Part shown: one piece after another, positions 25,742 through 32,995 of the stretch
Layout: each line of letters begins with the position of its first letter
Position numbering within the stretch: position 1 is the stretch's first letter
Virus record (IMG/VR): IMGVR_UViG_3300009678_000001
DNA: 64,000 nucleotides
Reading direction: 5' to 3' (one strand)
Source: a virus
Notes under the pieces: generated by a model
What the model was told of the DNA's origin: nothing
The model's database searches: none
Seen by the model: the letters and a program-made list of their open reading frames with translations, nothing else
Position numbers and translations under genes: made by a program

Positions 25742-25776
25742 TATGGTGGGAGGGGGGAAGGAAACTTAGTAGGTTT

Positions 25777-25941
25777 TTAAACTCCTATTGTTTTCTCTTT
25801 TGCTTCTTTTACCGCTTTTGCATAATTTCTAAGACAAGCGATTTTGCAAAAAGTTTTTCCTTTTAGATGTTCAAACCATCTTGTCTTGTTTTGAGCTTTA
25901 ACTAAAGCGTTTGGATTTCCACACCAATCACATTCATTCAT
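25777..25941 (-). CDS. FCS/TRASH-like zinc-finger micro-protein (below the ORF-track cutoff)
   Basis: 54 aa: MNECDWCGNP..KTFCKIACLRNY. Paralogous pattern to 27033..27227. Confidence 0.5.
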   Translation of the reverse strand: MNECDWCGNPNALVKAQNKTRWFEHLKGKTFCKIACLRNYAKAVKEAKEKTIGV

Positions 25942-25947
25942 CACCCC

Positions 25948-25975
25948 ATAATACAAAACCTTTTTGCGTTGTCAA
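25948..25975 (-). promoter_or_regulatory. class I promoter
   Basis: TTGACA-16-TATTAT, 6 nt to the ATG at 25941. The TGA stop of the upstream gene lies inside the -35 box. Confidence 0.6.
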
Positions 25976-26520
25976 CTCTTTAGCTTTAAATAAATTGTAT
26001 CTCCTTGCAAAGTAACGCTTTGCATGTATTCTGGTAGGATAATAAACTCCCTAAACCTACCTATAGGTAGTTCACTTCGCAAAGCTCTTTTAGCAATTGT
26101 CAAAGGTCTACTATTTACAATCGGGCGTTCGCCCTCTTCTATGACTGTTTTCCTATGCTGTAAACCTGTTACGTTAATTGTTCTGTTACTGATACAGAAT
26201 TTTAGGCCGGGAACGATATCAACGTAAGAATCAGGTTTTCTATAGTCAGGATGAAAACGACCTAAAGAATGACTTTTTAAGCTTTCCTCAAAACTCTCTT
26301 TAAGTTGTTGAGCTGCAAGTATTAAGATAGGATGGTTTAGTGCTGGCCTGATTGCGTCAAGAGCTTCTAAAGACTTCCGAAGTTGATTGTCGTAAGATGC
26401 ACCATAAATTACAGTATGGCGAGCTAGTTCGCCAGCTTGTTTGCATCTGTATAGAAATGAGACAAACTGAGCTTTACTGGCAAGCTCCTTTAGGGTGTCG
26501 ATGACTAATTTTTCGTTCAT
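25972..26520 (-). CDS. hypothetical protein
   Basis: 182 aa with its own class I promoter. Confidence 0.7.
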   Translation of the reverse strand: MNEKLVIDTLKELASKAQFVSFLYRCKQAGELARHTVIYGASYDNQLRKSLEALDAIRPALNHPILILAAQQLKESFEESLKSHSLGRFHPDYRKPDSYVDIVPGLKFCISNRTINVTGLQHRKTVIEEGERPIVNSRPLTIAKRALRSELPIGRFREFIILPEYMQSVTLQGDTIYLKLKS

Positions 26521-26526
26521 CTCCCA

Positions 26527-26554
26527 ATAATAAAGAGTTTTTTTATCTTGTCAA
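26527..26554 (-). promoter_or_regulatory. class I promoter
   Basis: TTGACA-16-TATTAT, 6 nt to the ATG at 26520. Confidence 0.6.
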
Positions 26555-26794
26555 GCTTTTCTCAAAATGCCTTTGCAATAAGCCACAACGTTTTGAATCA
26601 AAAAAGACTATTAAAGCTATAAAGCTCTCAATTAGCCATCGGGGATAGCGCAATTTTAGCCAAAGAAATTTCCAAATCGGCGCTAATAAGCTTTTCTTAT
26701 TTTTAATATACTTCGTTGCTGCCCAACGATTTAAAACCGCAATAGGCTTGTATCCCATGGGGTAAAGCCAGATAAAACGTAATACTTCTGTCAT
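26543..26794 (-). CDS. basic/hydrophobic small protein
   Basis: 83 aa, Trp/Lys/Arg-rich, with a hydrophobic stretch ESFIALIVFF. Confidence 0.5.
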   Translation of the reverse strand: MTEVLRFIWLYPMGYKPIAVLNRWAATKYIKNKKSLLAPIWKFLWLKLRYPRWLIESFIALIVFFDSKRCGLLQRHFEKSLTR

Positions 26795-26802
26795 TATTCC
26801 CC

Positions 26803-26830
26803 ATTGTATCAGAAATTTTTACGTTGGCAA
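26803..26830 (-). promoter_or_regulatory. class I-like promoter with extended -10
   Basis: TTGCCA-16-(TGA)TACAAT, 8 nt to the ATG at 26794. Confidence 0.55.
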
Positions 26831-26852
26831 GAGGGGGGACCTCCCCAATGGG

Positions 26853-27011
26853 CTAAACGTAGATTGGATATGGATAATTTTCTTTTTGCTCTTGAGTTAG
26901 AAAGATTTGCATCCAAAGACTGCCAGCTTCAGAGACTTTTATATCTTGTGGAAGCTGCCCTTTGCCTAGCGCCACGAAAAAGTCTTGTCTTCTAATGAGA
27001 TAAAGCTTCAT
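26853..27011 (-). CDS. hypothetical micro-protein (below the ORF-track cutoff)
   Basis: 52 aa, MKLYLIRRQDFFVALGKGQL... Its ATG immediately follows an ISL element. Confidence 0.45.
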   Translation of the reverse strand: MKLYLIRRQDFFVALGKGQLPQDIKVSEAGSLWMQIFLTQEQKENYPYPIYV

Positions 27012-27035
27012 ATGCTCAAGCGCCGCAGGGCTTTA
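27012..27035 (-). repeat. ISL element
   Basis: TAAAGCCCTGCGGCGCTTGAGCAT-ATG fills the whole 21-nt gap between the stop at 27033 and the ATG at 27011. Confidence 0.8.
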
Positions 27036-27227
27036 TGAATTATAATCCCTTTCACAAGACCGACTACAAAACACCTTTTCTTGCATCTCGTTCTTGTTTT
27101 TATCGTCCCTGTTAATACCATACCTGAATTTAGCAGGTTGGCCGCACCACGCGCACTCACCCTCTGCTTTTTGGCGCACAACGTTAAAACGTCCAAAAGG
27201 GTCTCTTGAGATTGATACTGTATTCAT
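27033..27227 (-). CDS. FCS/TRASH-like zinc-finger micro-protein
   Basis: 64 aa from the ATG 7 nt after the -10 box: ..RDPFGRFNVV..CAWCGQPA..VFCSRSCERDY. Confidence 0.55.
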   Translation of the reverse strand: MNTVSISRDPFGRFNVVRQKAEGECAWCGQPAKFRYGINRDDKNKNEMQEKVFCSRSCERDYNS

Positions 27228-27234
27228 GTTCTCA

Positions 27235-27262
27235 ATAATAGAGAGTCTTTTTATGTTTGCAA
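27235..27262 (-). promoter_or_regulatory. class I promoter
   Basis: TTGCAA-16-TATTAT, 7 nt to the ATG at 27227. Confidence 0.6.
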
Positions 27263-27264
27263 GA

Positions 27265-27460
27265 CTAAATTTGAGAGTGCCCACATTTTGGACATTTGAG
27301 CACGTCAACCATTGTAACCTTAGAAGGAAGGAAACTAAGCGTATCTCCGTCTCTTGCGGGTTTACCATCAAGGCGACCTGTACCATTGACAAGAGCTTTT
27401 ACCCTTTTTAAGGGGAACTTTACATCGCCAGCAAATTTTTGTGCCTTGTTTGGTCTTCAT
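27265..27460 (-). pseudogene. possible frameshifted small gene
   Basis: The ATG frame (MKTKQGTKICWRC..) stops after 30 codons. The +1 frame continues ..GDVKFPLKRVKALVNGTGRLDGKPARDGD..CPKCGHSQI* and ends exactly at the next -35 box. The upstream promoter copy has an 11-nt spacer. Confidence 0.3.
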
Positions 27461-27501
27461 GCTTTATGTTACTTTCCGTCAAATTATACAATATTTATGT
27501 G

Positions 27502-27684
27502 TCAACCGCAAATATCTTGTGGTCTATGAGTTACCTGTTCGCCATTTTTCGCCACAAGAACCACTGTTACCTGATATTCTTTGCGAGCTTTAAGCTGTTG
27601 CGCCGCTTTCTTTTGCGCCGAATAGGAGGTTTCAGCTTCGACTTCAATTTCCTTGCCACGATAAAAAGCTTTATATATATTCAT
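27502..27684 (-). CDS. hypothetical protein
   Basis: 60 aa with its own class I promoter. Confidence 0.6.
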   Translation of the reverse strand: MNIYKAFYRGKEIEVEAETSYSAQKKAAQQLKARKEYQVTVVLVAKNGEQVTHRPQDICG

Positions 27685-27691
27685 AAAAGAG

Positions 27692-27719
27692 ATTATACAT
27701 AGTCTTTTTTATGCTACAA
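27692..27719 (-). promoter_or_regulatory. class I promoter
   Basis: TTGTAG-16-TATAAT, 7 nt to the ATG at 27684. Confidence 0.6.
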
Positions 27720-27727
27720 GCCAAACT

Positions 27728-27922
27728 TTATACTGCTAGGGCTGTATTCGTCTCAATAGGTGGCATACACTGATTAATCACTTCTAGCAATTCTGACAAT
27801 TTATTGTCATCTATGCCAAGAAATTCCCCTATAATACTTCTCATATCCTTATCTGTTAAAGCCACTTGTGCAATTTTAAGGGTTTCGAGTGCCTCTTCTC
27901 TTGTAAATTCTTTTGTGTTCAT
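27728..27922 (-). CDS. hypothetical protein
   Basis: 64 aa. Confidence 0.55.
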   Translation of the reverse strand: MNTKEFTREEALETLKIAQVALTDKDMRSIIGEFLGIDDNKLSELLEVINQCMPPIETNTALAV

Positions 27923-27978
27923 TGATTATAAAAATAGCGTATAAGGAGAAGAGCCGCAAGTAAAATTAATATGCTCAT
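27919..27978 (-). CDS. 19-aa hydrophobic micro-ORF
   Basis: MSILILLAALLLIRYFYNQ. Coupled at both ends (TAAATG upstream, ATGA downstream). Confidence 0.25.
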   Translation of the reverse strand: MSILILLAALLLIRYFYNQ

Positions 27979-27982
27979 TTAT

Positions 27983-28252
27983 TTATTCCTGTTCCTCTTC
28001 TGTGTCTTTTTCTTCCAGTTCATCTTCCAGACGTTCAACAACCTCTGCGAGTGTATCACAACTAGACACAACCCACTCTTGACTTGTCGAAATTGCTGGT
28101 TCGCAATGCCCTAAAGTCCTATACTTGAATTGCTGGTACTCCTGTTGAGACATTGACCGCCGACAAATTTCCTTAAACTCGTTTAATCCTTCCTCTAGTT
28201 CAGTGGCGAGTTCTGCGAGACGTTCCCAATTAGCTTTTGTAATTTTATTCAT
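27983..28252 (-). CDS. hypothetical acidic protein
   Basis: 89 aa, C-terminal EDELEEKDTEEEQE. ATGAATAA overlap with the upstream gene. Confidence 0.6.
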   Translation of the reverse strand: MNKITKANWERLAELATELEEGLNEFKEICRRSMSQQEYQQFKYRTLGHCEPAISTSQEWVVSSCDTLAEVVERLEDELEEKDTEEEQE

Positions 28253-28451
28253 TGAGTTTCACTGATTTAATTTTAAATTTTTCGTCTGTTCCCTCGTACT
28301 TTTTGACTAGTTCTGCTAGTTTGGTTTGCGCTGGCGCTAGGTCAAGCCATACACCAAACTCCATACAATGGAGCCAGTCACCATCGCCCACGTTATCCAC
28401 GTTATCATTATAACTAGGACACCACTGCACTATGTAATAAACGCTCTTCAT
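28245..28451 (-). CDS. hypothetical protein
   Basis: 68 aa from the ATG 6 nt after the -10 box (the track start is TTG inside the promoter). Confidence 0.6.
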   Translation of the reverse strand: MKSVYYIVQWCPSYNDNVDNVGDGDWLHCMEFGVWLDLAPAQTKLAELVKKYEGTDEKFKIKSVKLNE

Positions 28452-28457
28452 GGTTAA

Positions 28458-28485
28458 AAGATACAATATCTTTTTTAACTGTCAA
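28458..28485 (-). promoter_or_regulatory. class I promoter
   Basis: TTGACA-16-TATCTT, 6 nt to the ATG at 28451. Confidence 0.6.
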
Positions 28486-28763
28486 TAGCGGTTATTGTCA
28501 ATCTTTCTAATCGCATTAATCGCTGGTATAATACTTTCTGCACCAAGTTCATATGTAATTGATTCTTCAACAACACACAAAAGAGTCTTGGCTAGTCTAA
28601 CAGGATGTTCCCCGTTAGAGGAAAACTTTAGTCTTTCGTCATATGTCAACTTTTTATAAAGCTGTAAAGCTCTCTCTTTTAAAATTTCGCCTGCTTTAAC
28701 AGACATTTCTTTAATAGCAGATTCAAATTCAGCACTACTACGGGCAACTTCTTTAGTATTCAT
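28482..28763 (-). CDS. hypothetical protein
   Basis: 93 aa from the ATG (MNTKEVARS..). Confidence 0.6.
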   Translation of the reverse strand: MNTKEVARSSAEFESAIKEMSVKAGEILKERALQLYKKLTYDERLKFSSNGEHPVRLAKTLLCVVEESITYELGAESIIPAINAIRKIDNNRY

Positions 28764-28772
28764 AAAGTATAA

Positions 28773-28800
28773 AAGATACAATATCTTTTTTAAAAGTCAA
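28773..28800 (-). promoter_or_regulatory. class I promoter
   Basis: TTGACT-16-TATCTT, 9 nt to the ATG at 28763. Confidence 0.55.
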
Positions 28801-28803
28801 CAC

Positions 28804-29028
28804 TCAAGCGCCGTTTACAGTTAATCTGCTAATTTGACTTCGCGCCATACCGTCAAGGCATTCAAAAGCTTTTCCTTGTCTTTCTATTCTAGTTTTTGCG
28901 CCATTGATGATATTAGCTACCTTTTGCGCATTTTCGCGCCCGCCGCAATCCTGAATCAGGTTAAAGTTCCCGTTAGAGAACACCCACTTGCGAAAGCTCC
29001 GATTGAAGTTAAATAGTGTTTTATTCAT
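28804..29028 (-). CDS. hypothetical protein
   Basis: 74 aa. Ends ..VNGA* over GGCGCTTGA (the ISL 3-prime half). Confidence 0.6.
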   Translation of the reverse strand: MNKTLFNFNRSFRKWVFSNGNFNLIQDCGGRENAQKVANIINGAKTRIERQGKAFECLDGMARSQISRLTVNGA

Positions 29029-29034
29029 ATTCTG

Positions 29035-29062
29035 AGAATATAGAATCTTTTTAAAACGTCAA
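29035..29062 (-). promoter_or_regulatory. class I promoter
   Basis: TTGACG-16-TATTCT, 6 nt to the ATG at 29028. Confidence 0.6.
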
Positions 29063-29068
29063 TACCTT

Positions 29069-29362
29069 TTAATTTTTTAGAGTATAACCCGCACCTTTTA
29101 AAGCTGTTTCGTGGTCATAACCTCCCCTATAAGACCCTTCAAGCTCGCTCCAATTCAAAATTTTTCCTTCAGAATCAGCAGCAAAGATGTAAGTTTCAGG
29201 ACCAGTAAACATTGCATCAGCCGCAGAAACTACTACATATTCATGCTCTTTAACTTCCATCCCCCCAATGTCTTCAGCATAATCTTTTACTTTAATTGGC
29301 GGGTCAAGTTTATACAAAACTTTACCCTTAGAGAGAGGTTTAATTAGGGTTGCGTAATTCAT
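29069..29362 (-). CDS. hypothetical protein
   Basis: 97 aa. Its ATG is directly preceded by an ISL element. Confidence 0.65.
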   Translation of the reverse strand: MNYATLIKPLSKGKVLYKLDPPIKVKDYAEDIGGMEVKEHEYVVVSAADAMFTGPETYIFAADSEGKILNWSELEGSYRGGYDHETALKGAGYTLKN

Positions 29363-29387
29363 ATGCTCAGTCGCCGCAAGGGCTTTT
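29363..29387 (-). repeat. ISL element (inside a 5-prime leader)
   Basis: AAAAAGCCCTTGCGGCGACTGAGCAT-ATG, downstream of the promoter at 29419..29446. Confidence 0.75.
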
Positions 29388-29418
29388 TGATTGTTTTTTA
29401 AATTGTTTAACTTTTAAG

Positions 29419-29446
29419 ATTATACAATATCTTTTTAAACCTGCAA
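29419..29446 (-). promoter_or_regulatory. class I promoter (with leader)
   Basis: TTGCAG-16-TATAAT. An approximately 50-nt leader containing an ISL precedes the ATG at 29362. Confidence 0.55.
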
Positions 29447-29451
29447 GACTT

Positions 29452-29769
29452 TTAAGCACCCGCTAAACTAGCTTTTTCCAGCCAATTAACTTCTGGTTTG
29501 TCCTGAAAATGATAGTCCCGTTCTATATAAAGACCAAACTTTAACTTGATAGACTGTAATTCTTTAAGGCTTATAGTGCCGAATTCGACACAACCCATTC
29601 CTAAGTCCGCATAACCCCAAGCAACATCGTCATCAGGTTCTAGGTAACAAATAAGCCAAGTCGCCGCTCCCATTGGGTTAAAAAACTTAACAATCGGGCG
29701 CATATTATCAGGACTAGCTTCCCTAAGTTTTCTGTGAAGTTCTTTAGTTAAGAATTTTTGTCGTGCCAT
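29452..29769 (-). CDS. DUF2958-like protein
   Basis: 105 aa. FFNPMGAATWLICYLEPDDDVAWGYADLGMGCVEFGTISLKEL resembles the DUF2958 pattern common on plasmids and ICEs near ardC. Confidence 0.55.
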   Translation of the reverse strand: MARQKFLTKELHRKLREASPDNMRPIVKFFNPMGAATWLICYLEPDDDVAWGYADLGMGCVEFGTISLKELQSIKLKFGLYIERDYHFQDKPEVNWLEKASLAGA

Positions 29770-29775
29770 AGTTTA

Positions 29776-29803
29776 ATTATACAATATCTTTTTTGCGCTG
29801 CAA
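29776..29803 (-). promoter_or_regulatory. class I promoter
   Basis: TTGCAG-16-TATAAT, 6 nt to the ATG at 29769. Confidence 0.6.
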
Positions 29804-29804
29804 G

Positions 29805-30014
29805 TTAAATCTCAGTATAAGCTACTGAAATTGCAGTATTAAGATTTTTGATTGCATCTTCTCTACTAGTGGTGGGATTTACCCTCATATAAAACTGAAT
29901 TCTGTCTTCTGTAGGAGGATATTTCTTTTGTGCTTTCTTTTCCGCCGCGTTATGGCTTCCAGCCTGAATTATGCCTATTTCTTCTCCCTTACAATAAACA
30001 ATATAATTTTTCAT
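29805..30014 (-). CDS. hypothetical protein
   Basis: 69 aa with its own promoter. Confidence 0.6.
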   Translation of the reverse strand: MKNYIVYCKGEEIGIIQAGSHNAAEKKAQKKYPPTEDRIQFYMRVNPTTSREDAIKNLNTAISVAYTEI

Positions 30015-30020
30015 AGTTAA

Positions 30021-30048
30021 ATTATACGATATCTTTTTTATCTTACAA
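30021..30048 (-). promoter_or_regulatory. class I promoter
   Basis: TTGTAA-16-TATAAT, 6 nt to the ATG at 30014. Confidence 0.6.
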
Positions 30049-30235
30049 CCGTAAATTCATCCCACCAAAAGAACTTTTTATAGGGAAATCCATCAATATC
30101 AAAAGTCGCGCCGTTAAAGTGTGGTCCTGATAGTTCAGAAGGAGTATGAACAGTTAGAATTTCTCCCTTTTTAAAGGTTCTGCCAGTCGCGCAAACATCC
30201 TTTAACATCTCGATTTTATAAGTTTTTAAGTTCAT
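30038..30235 (-). CDS. hypothetical protein
   Basis: 65 aa. Its ATG is preceded by a degenerate ISL (30236-30256). Confidence 0.55.
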   Translation of the reverse strand: MNLKTYKIEMLKDVCATGRTFKKGEILTVHTPSELSGPHFNGATFDIDGFPYKKFFWWDEFTVVR

Positions 30236-30338
30236 CTCTCAAGCACCAAGGGGTTGAACTAACTCCTCATCGTCAAAAAACCAGCAAACATAAAGAGAAT
30301 TTCTGGCATTAGTGCAAAAATCGCGCATTTGGACAAAC

Positions 30339-30407
30339 TCAGTTCTTAATAAACTCTGAGTTCTGCCACTGAAACCGCTCGCCAATTGCTAAATCCTTAA
30401 ACCTCAT
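30339..30407 (-). pseudogene. 22-codon ORF, probably a truncated cassette gene
   Basis: MRFKDLAIGERFQWQNSEFIKN*, 7 nt after a TATAAT with a weak -35. About 100 nt of non-coding sequence follows. Confidence 0.25.
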
Positions 30408-30443
30408 AAGAAAGATTATATATAGTCTTTTTAAAAAGACAAA

Positions 30444-30470
30444 GAAAAAAGCCCCCAAAAGGGGGGCTTT
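30444..30470 (-). terminator. intrinsic terminator
   Basis: Minus strand reads AAAGCCCCCC-tttt-GGGGGGC-TTTTTTC. Confidence 0.75.
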
Positions 30471-30615
30471 AGCCAATTTATTTGATAGACCTATATAACC
30501 CTTCAAAAGGGCCGGTTGGCGGCACTATCTTTTTAACGACTTTTAGCTACGCCGTATGAATTAGCCAACCCTATCACTTGAAAAGCTTAACAGATTTTTT
30601 CCAAAAAGCAACAAT

Positions 30616-30635
30616 AAAGCCCTTCGGCGTCTGAG
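30616..30635 (+). repeat. ISL element in inverted orientation
   Basis: The plus strand reads AAAGCCCTTCGGCGTCTGAG, the only copy seen on this strand within the minus block. It lies just downstream of the stop at 30639. Confidence 0.55.
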
Positions 30636-30638
30636 AAT

Positions 30639-31034
30639 TTAAGCTGCAACGGGTTCTGCCACTTCAGTTACAGGAATATTTTCTGTAACGTGCTCAGTCG
30701 CAGGCTGTTCGGGAGCATTGCTCACTCCTGACTTTTCAGCCGCTCGCGCCACCTTTTTGGCCAGTTTTTCAGCCTCTTTAGCCGCCTCTTCCTTGTGTTT
30801 ATTTTCCCAATAAGCCTTTTTCGAAGCTGAGATTTTGTCCCTTCCAGCTTGGCTCATCTTACTTCCCTTGGGTCGCCCCTTTCGAGTTTGAGAAGGAGAA
30901 GGAAGAAGGCTAGGAAGAGTTGAGGGAATATTAATTCCACTCATCAACTGATTGTATTCAGACTGCTTTACCGCAATCTCTTCCAGCAACTTTGCCGCTC
31001 GCAAGTGAGTTTCGGGCGTTAACACTATGTTCAT
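30639..31034 (-). CDS. basic, AT-hook-like DNA-binding protein candidate
   Basis: 131 aa. RKGRPKGSK followed by a Lys/Ala/Glu-rich helical region. Confidence 0.55.
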   Translation of the reverse strand: MNIVLTPETHLRAAKLLEEIAVKQSEYNQLMSGINIPSTLPSLLPSPSQTRKGRPKGSKMSQAGRDKISASKKAYWENKHKEEAAKEAEKLAKKVARAAEKSGVSNAPEQPATEHVTENIPVTEVAEPVAA

Positions 31035-31094
31035 TTTGTTCTTTCTTTCTTTTTAATTGTTTTTAAAATTTTGTCTTTAACTGACAACACCCAT

Positions 31095-31122
31095 ACGTTA
31101 ACACTACTTTTTAAACGTGCAA
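31095..31122 (-). promoter_or_regulatory. class I-like promoter (with 60-nt leader)
   Basis: TTGCAC-16-TAACGT with the conserved TTTAAAAAG spacer. Confidence 0.4.
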
Positions 31123-31163
31123 GACTATTTTTTTTCAATAATCAGTCTTAAGCTAATAACTAA

Positions 31164-31931
31164 TTAAGCTTCAACTAGTTGCGCACTAACTTTTTTCTTA
31201 TCATAGTGGGCGAAATAGTCCGTTTTATACCCGCCTCTTCCCTTCCTTCTAATTAGCTCCCAAGCTTTAGCCGCTTGAGTGCCAGAGGGTTGCACGCCAT
31301 GAAGCAAGACTGCATAATTTTTGTTAGCTTTCCGTGCTAGAGAGTCATCATGGTCAATCTTTAGTCCTAAATCTTTTGCCTCTTTCTCAGAAAAGACAAC
31401 TTTAACCGATACAAGCCCATGTTTTTCAATGAGATAGTCAAATTTTCCACCCCTTGAAGCAGTAAGCTTTAGATTATGGGGTATAGACCCTAATCTATTG
31501 ACCCAAAATGGTAGAGCTTTGGTGTAGGCATAAAACAGCTTATTGGGGTAGCGCCGAACTACTTCCACCCACGCGTCAAAATAGTCCTGACTGAAAAAGT
31601 CGCCTGAACCATGTATGCGAATTATGGCATATTTCTTAGAAAAACGTGCAATTTCATTGTCAAGCAACGCGACTATTTGGTTGATTGACTTTCCTTTTAC
31701 CAAGTCAAAATTGTTCCATCTGCTATCCCTTGTATTCTGAAAAAGGCTTTCGCCTGAAGCCGCATAACACCTAAATTGAGCGTCGGGTCCTGTTATAATT
31801 GGACCGCCAAATCTAGGAACTTTCGCTAGGCAATCCTTTGCAAAGGGGCAGGACCAACCAGCAGGGAGACTGAATATCTTTGTTTTATCAATCTTGGCGT
31901 TACCGTTAGCAAAAAAGAGTCTGTTATTCAT
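31164..31931 (-). CDS. GP88-like conserved phage protein (N-terminal Cys cluster)
   Basis: 255 aa. SLPAGWSCPFAKDC..FRCYAASG..IRIHGSGDF resembles the mycobacteriophage gp88-type family. Function unknown. Confidence 0.45.
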   Translation of the reverse strand: MNNRLFFANGNAKIDKTKIFSLPAGWSCPFAKDCLAKVPRFGGPIITGPDAQFRCYAASGESLFQNTRDSRWNNFDLVKGKSINQIVALLDNEIARFSKKYAIIRIHGSGDFFSQDYFDAWVEVVRRYPNKLFYAYTKALPFWVNRLGSIPHNLKLTASRGGKFDYLIEKHGLVSVKVVFSEKEAKDLGLKIDHDDSLARKANKNYAVLLHGVQPSGTQAAKAWELIRRKGRGGYKTDYFAHYDKKKVSAQLVEA

Positions 31932-31938
31932 AAATTGG

Positions 31939-31966
31939 ATTATAAATAATCTTTTTAAAAAAGCAA
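31939..31966 (-). promoter_or_regulatory. class I promoter
   Basis: TTGCTT-16-TATAAT, 7 nt to the ATG at 31931. Confidence 0.6.
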
Positions 31967-31990
31967 GCCCCCATTTTTTAGGTGGGGGCC
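31958..31990 (-). terminator. intrinsic terminator overlapping the next -35 box
   Basis: Minus strand reads GCCCCCA-cctaaaaaa-TGGGGGC-TTGCTTTTTT. Confidence 0.65.
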
Positions 31991-32021
31991 GGGGGGGCAG
32001 GGCTACTTATGGGAGAAGTAT

Positions 32022-32465
32022 TTACATACCAACAGGACTATCAACAGGCACACACTCTCCATAATAATTTAAATTGGGCGTTTGAAACTCAAGGTATCCA
32101 ACCTTGTAGCGGTAATGTTCTTTAGGCTGTTCAAGAGGAACGAATTCTAGGTAAGTAATTTCCTCATATCGTTTTGAGGCCAACTCACAAGCTTGGCACA
32201 TCAAACCATTTTTGCGCCCTTTATATTTCTTTGTATCTTGCTCGGAATTAAGTATTTGGAACAAAGACGAATATATTAAAGCGTGTTCAAACTTTTCTTG
32301 CGTACTCCAAAAGTAAGCAAGTGTAGGAGTCAACCAATGCAATTCGCCATTGGTGCCTTCGTGGTTGTAGAAAGAGAAGTATCTTTCTTGAAGTTCGATA
32401 GGATTGCTGTCTTCGATTGCTATTGCAACGTGTAAACCAAAGTTTTGACGATACAACTTTTGCAT
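32022..32465 (-). CDS. hypothetical protein
   Basis: 147 aa from the ATG (the track start is GTG inside an ISL). Confidence 0.65.
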   Translation of the reverse strand: MQKLYRQNFGLHVAIAIEDSNPIELQERYFSFYNHEGTNGELHWLTPTLAYFWSTQEKFEHALIYSSLFQILNSEQDTKKYKGRKNGLMCQACELASKRYEEITYLEFVPLEQPKEHYRYKVGYLEFQTPNLNYYGECVPVDSPVGM

Positions 32466-32491
32466 ACGCACTCAAGCGCCGTGGGGCTTAT
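32466..32491 (-). repeat. ISL element
   Basis: ATAAGCCCCACGGCGCTTGAGTGCGT-ATG. Confidence 0.7.
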
Positions 32492-32554
32492 AAAAAAGAA
32501 ACAGTTTTCCTGAACTGTAAATTTTAAAAACTCTGGTGCTTGATTTATATACTC

Positions 32555-32582
32555 ATACTATCAAGGATTTTTCCTAAGTCAA
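32555..32582 (-). promoter_or_regulatory. sigma70-type promoter (with leader)
   Basis: TTGACT-16-TAGTAT. An 89-nt leader including an ISL precedes the ATG at 32465. Confidence 0.4.
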
Positions 32583-32686
32583 CAGGAATAATGGGGGAAC
32601 AACCTTATTTTTTTGGACTTTTTTAAGATTTTTTGCTCAATTTTGAGACATTTTAGGGTTTTTTCCTACTCTCAAGCGTCGATGAG

Positions 32687-32995
32687 CTATTTTATAATTT
32701 CAGCTAGAGGCCAAGTGGTTTCGTCCATTTCATAATTTTTATCTCCTTTTGAGAACCAGAATGTCCCTACTGAGCTACTGCAATTAGTAAAGCCGTGTGC
32801 GCGACAAGCATCAAAGACCGCCTGAACATCCTTGTCTTTATCCCATTTAAGTTCTGTACGTATTGCTGTGTATATTAATTCCCATTCTCCAGCACAAGCA
32901 ACGACTTTAGAATCAATTCGAAACTGATTCATTTTGTGGATTTGATAGGCCGCGACTGCAATAACAATACTATCGGGCATTTCAACTAGTTCCAT
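32687..32995 (-). CDS. hypothetical protein
   Basis: 102 aa. A degenerate ISL (32669-32689) follows its stop. Confidence 0.65.
   Translation of the reverse strand: MELVEMPDSIVIAVAAYQIHKMNQFRIDSKVVACAGEWELIYTAIRTELKWDKDKDVQAVFDACRAHGFTNCSSSVGTFWFSKGDKNYEMDETTWPLAEIIK

Noticed and set aside
26804-26995. 63-aa plus-strand ORF
   Set aside because: It lies antisense to a 52-aa minus-strand ORF that begins right after an ISL and fits the uniform minus-strand organisation. It has no plus-strand promoter.
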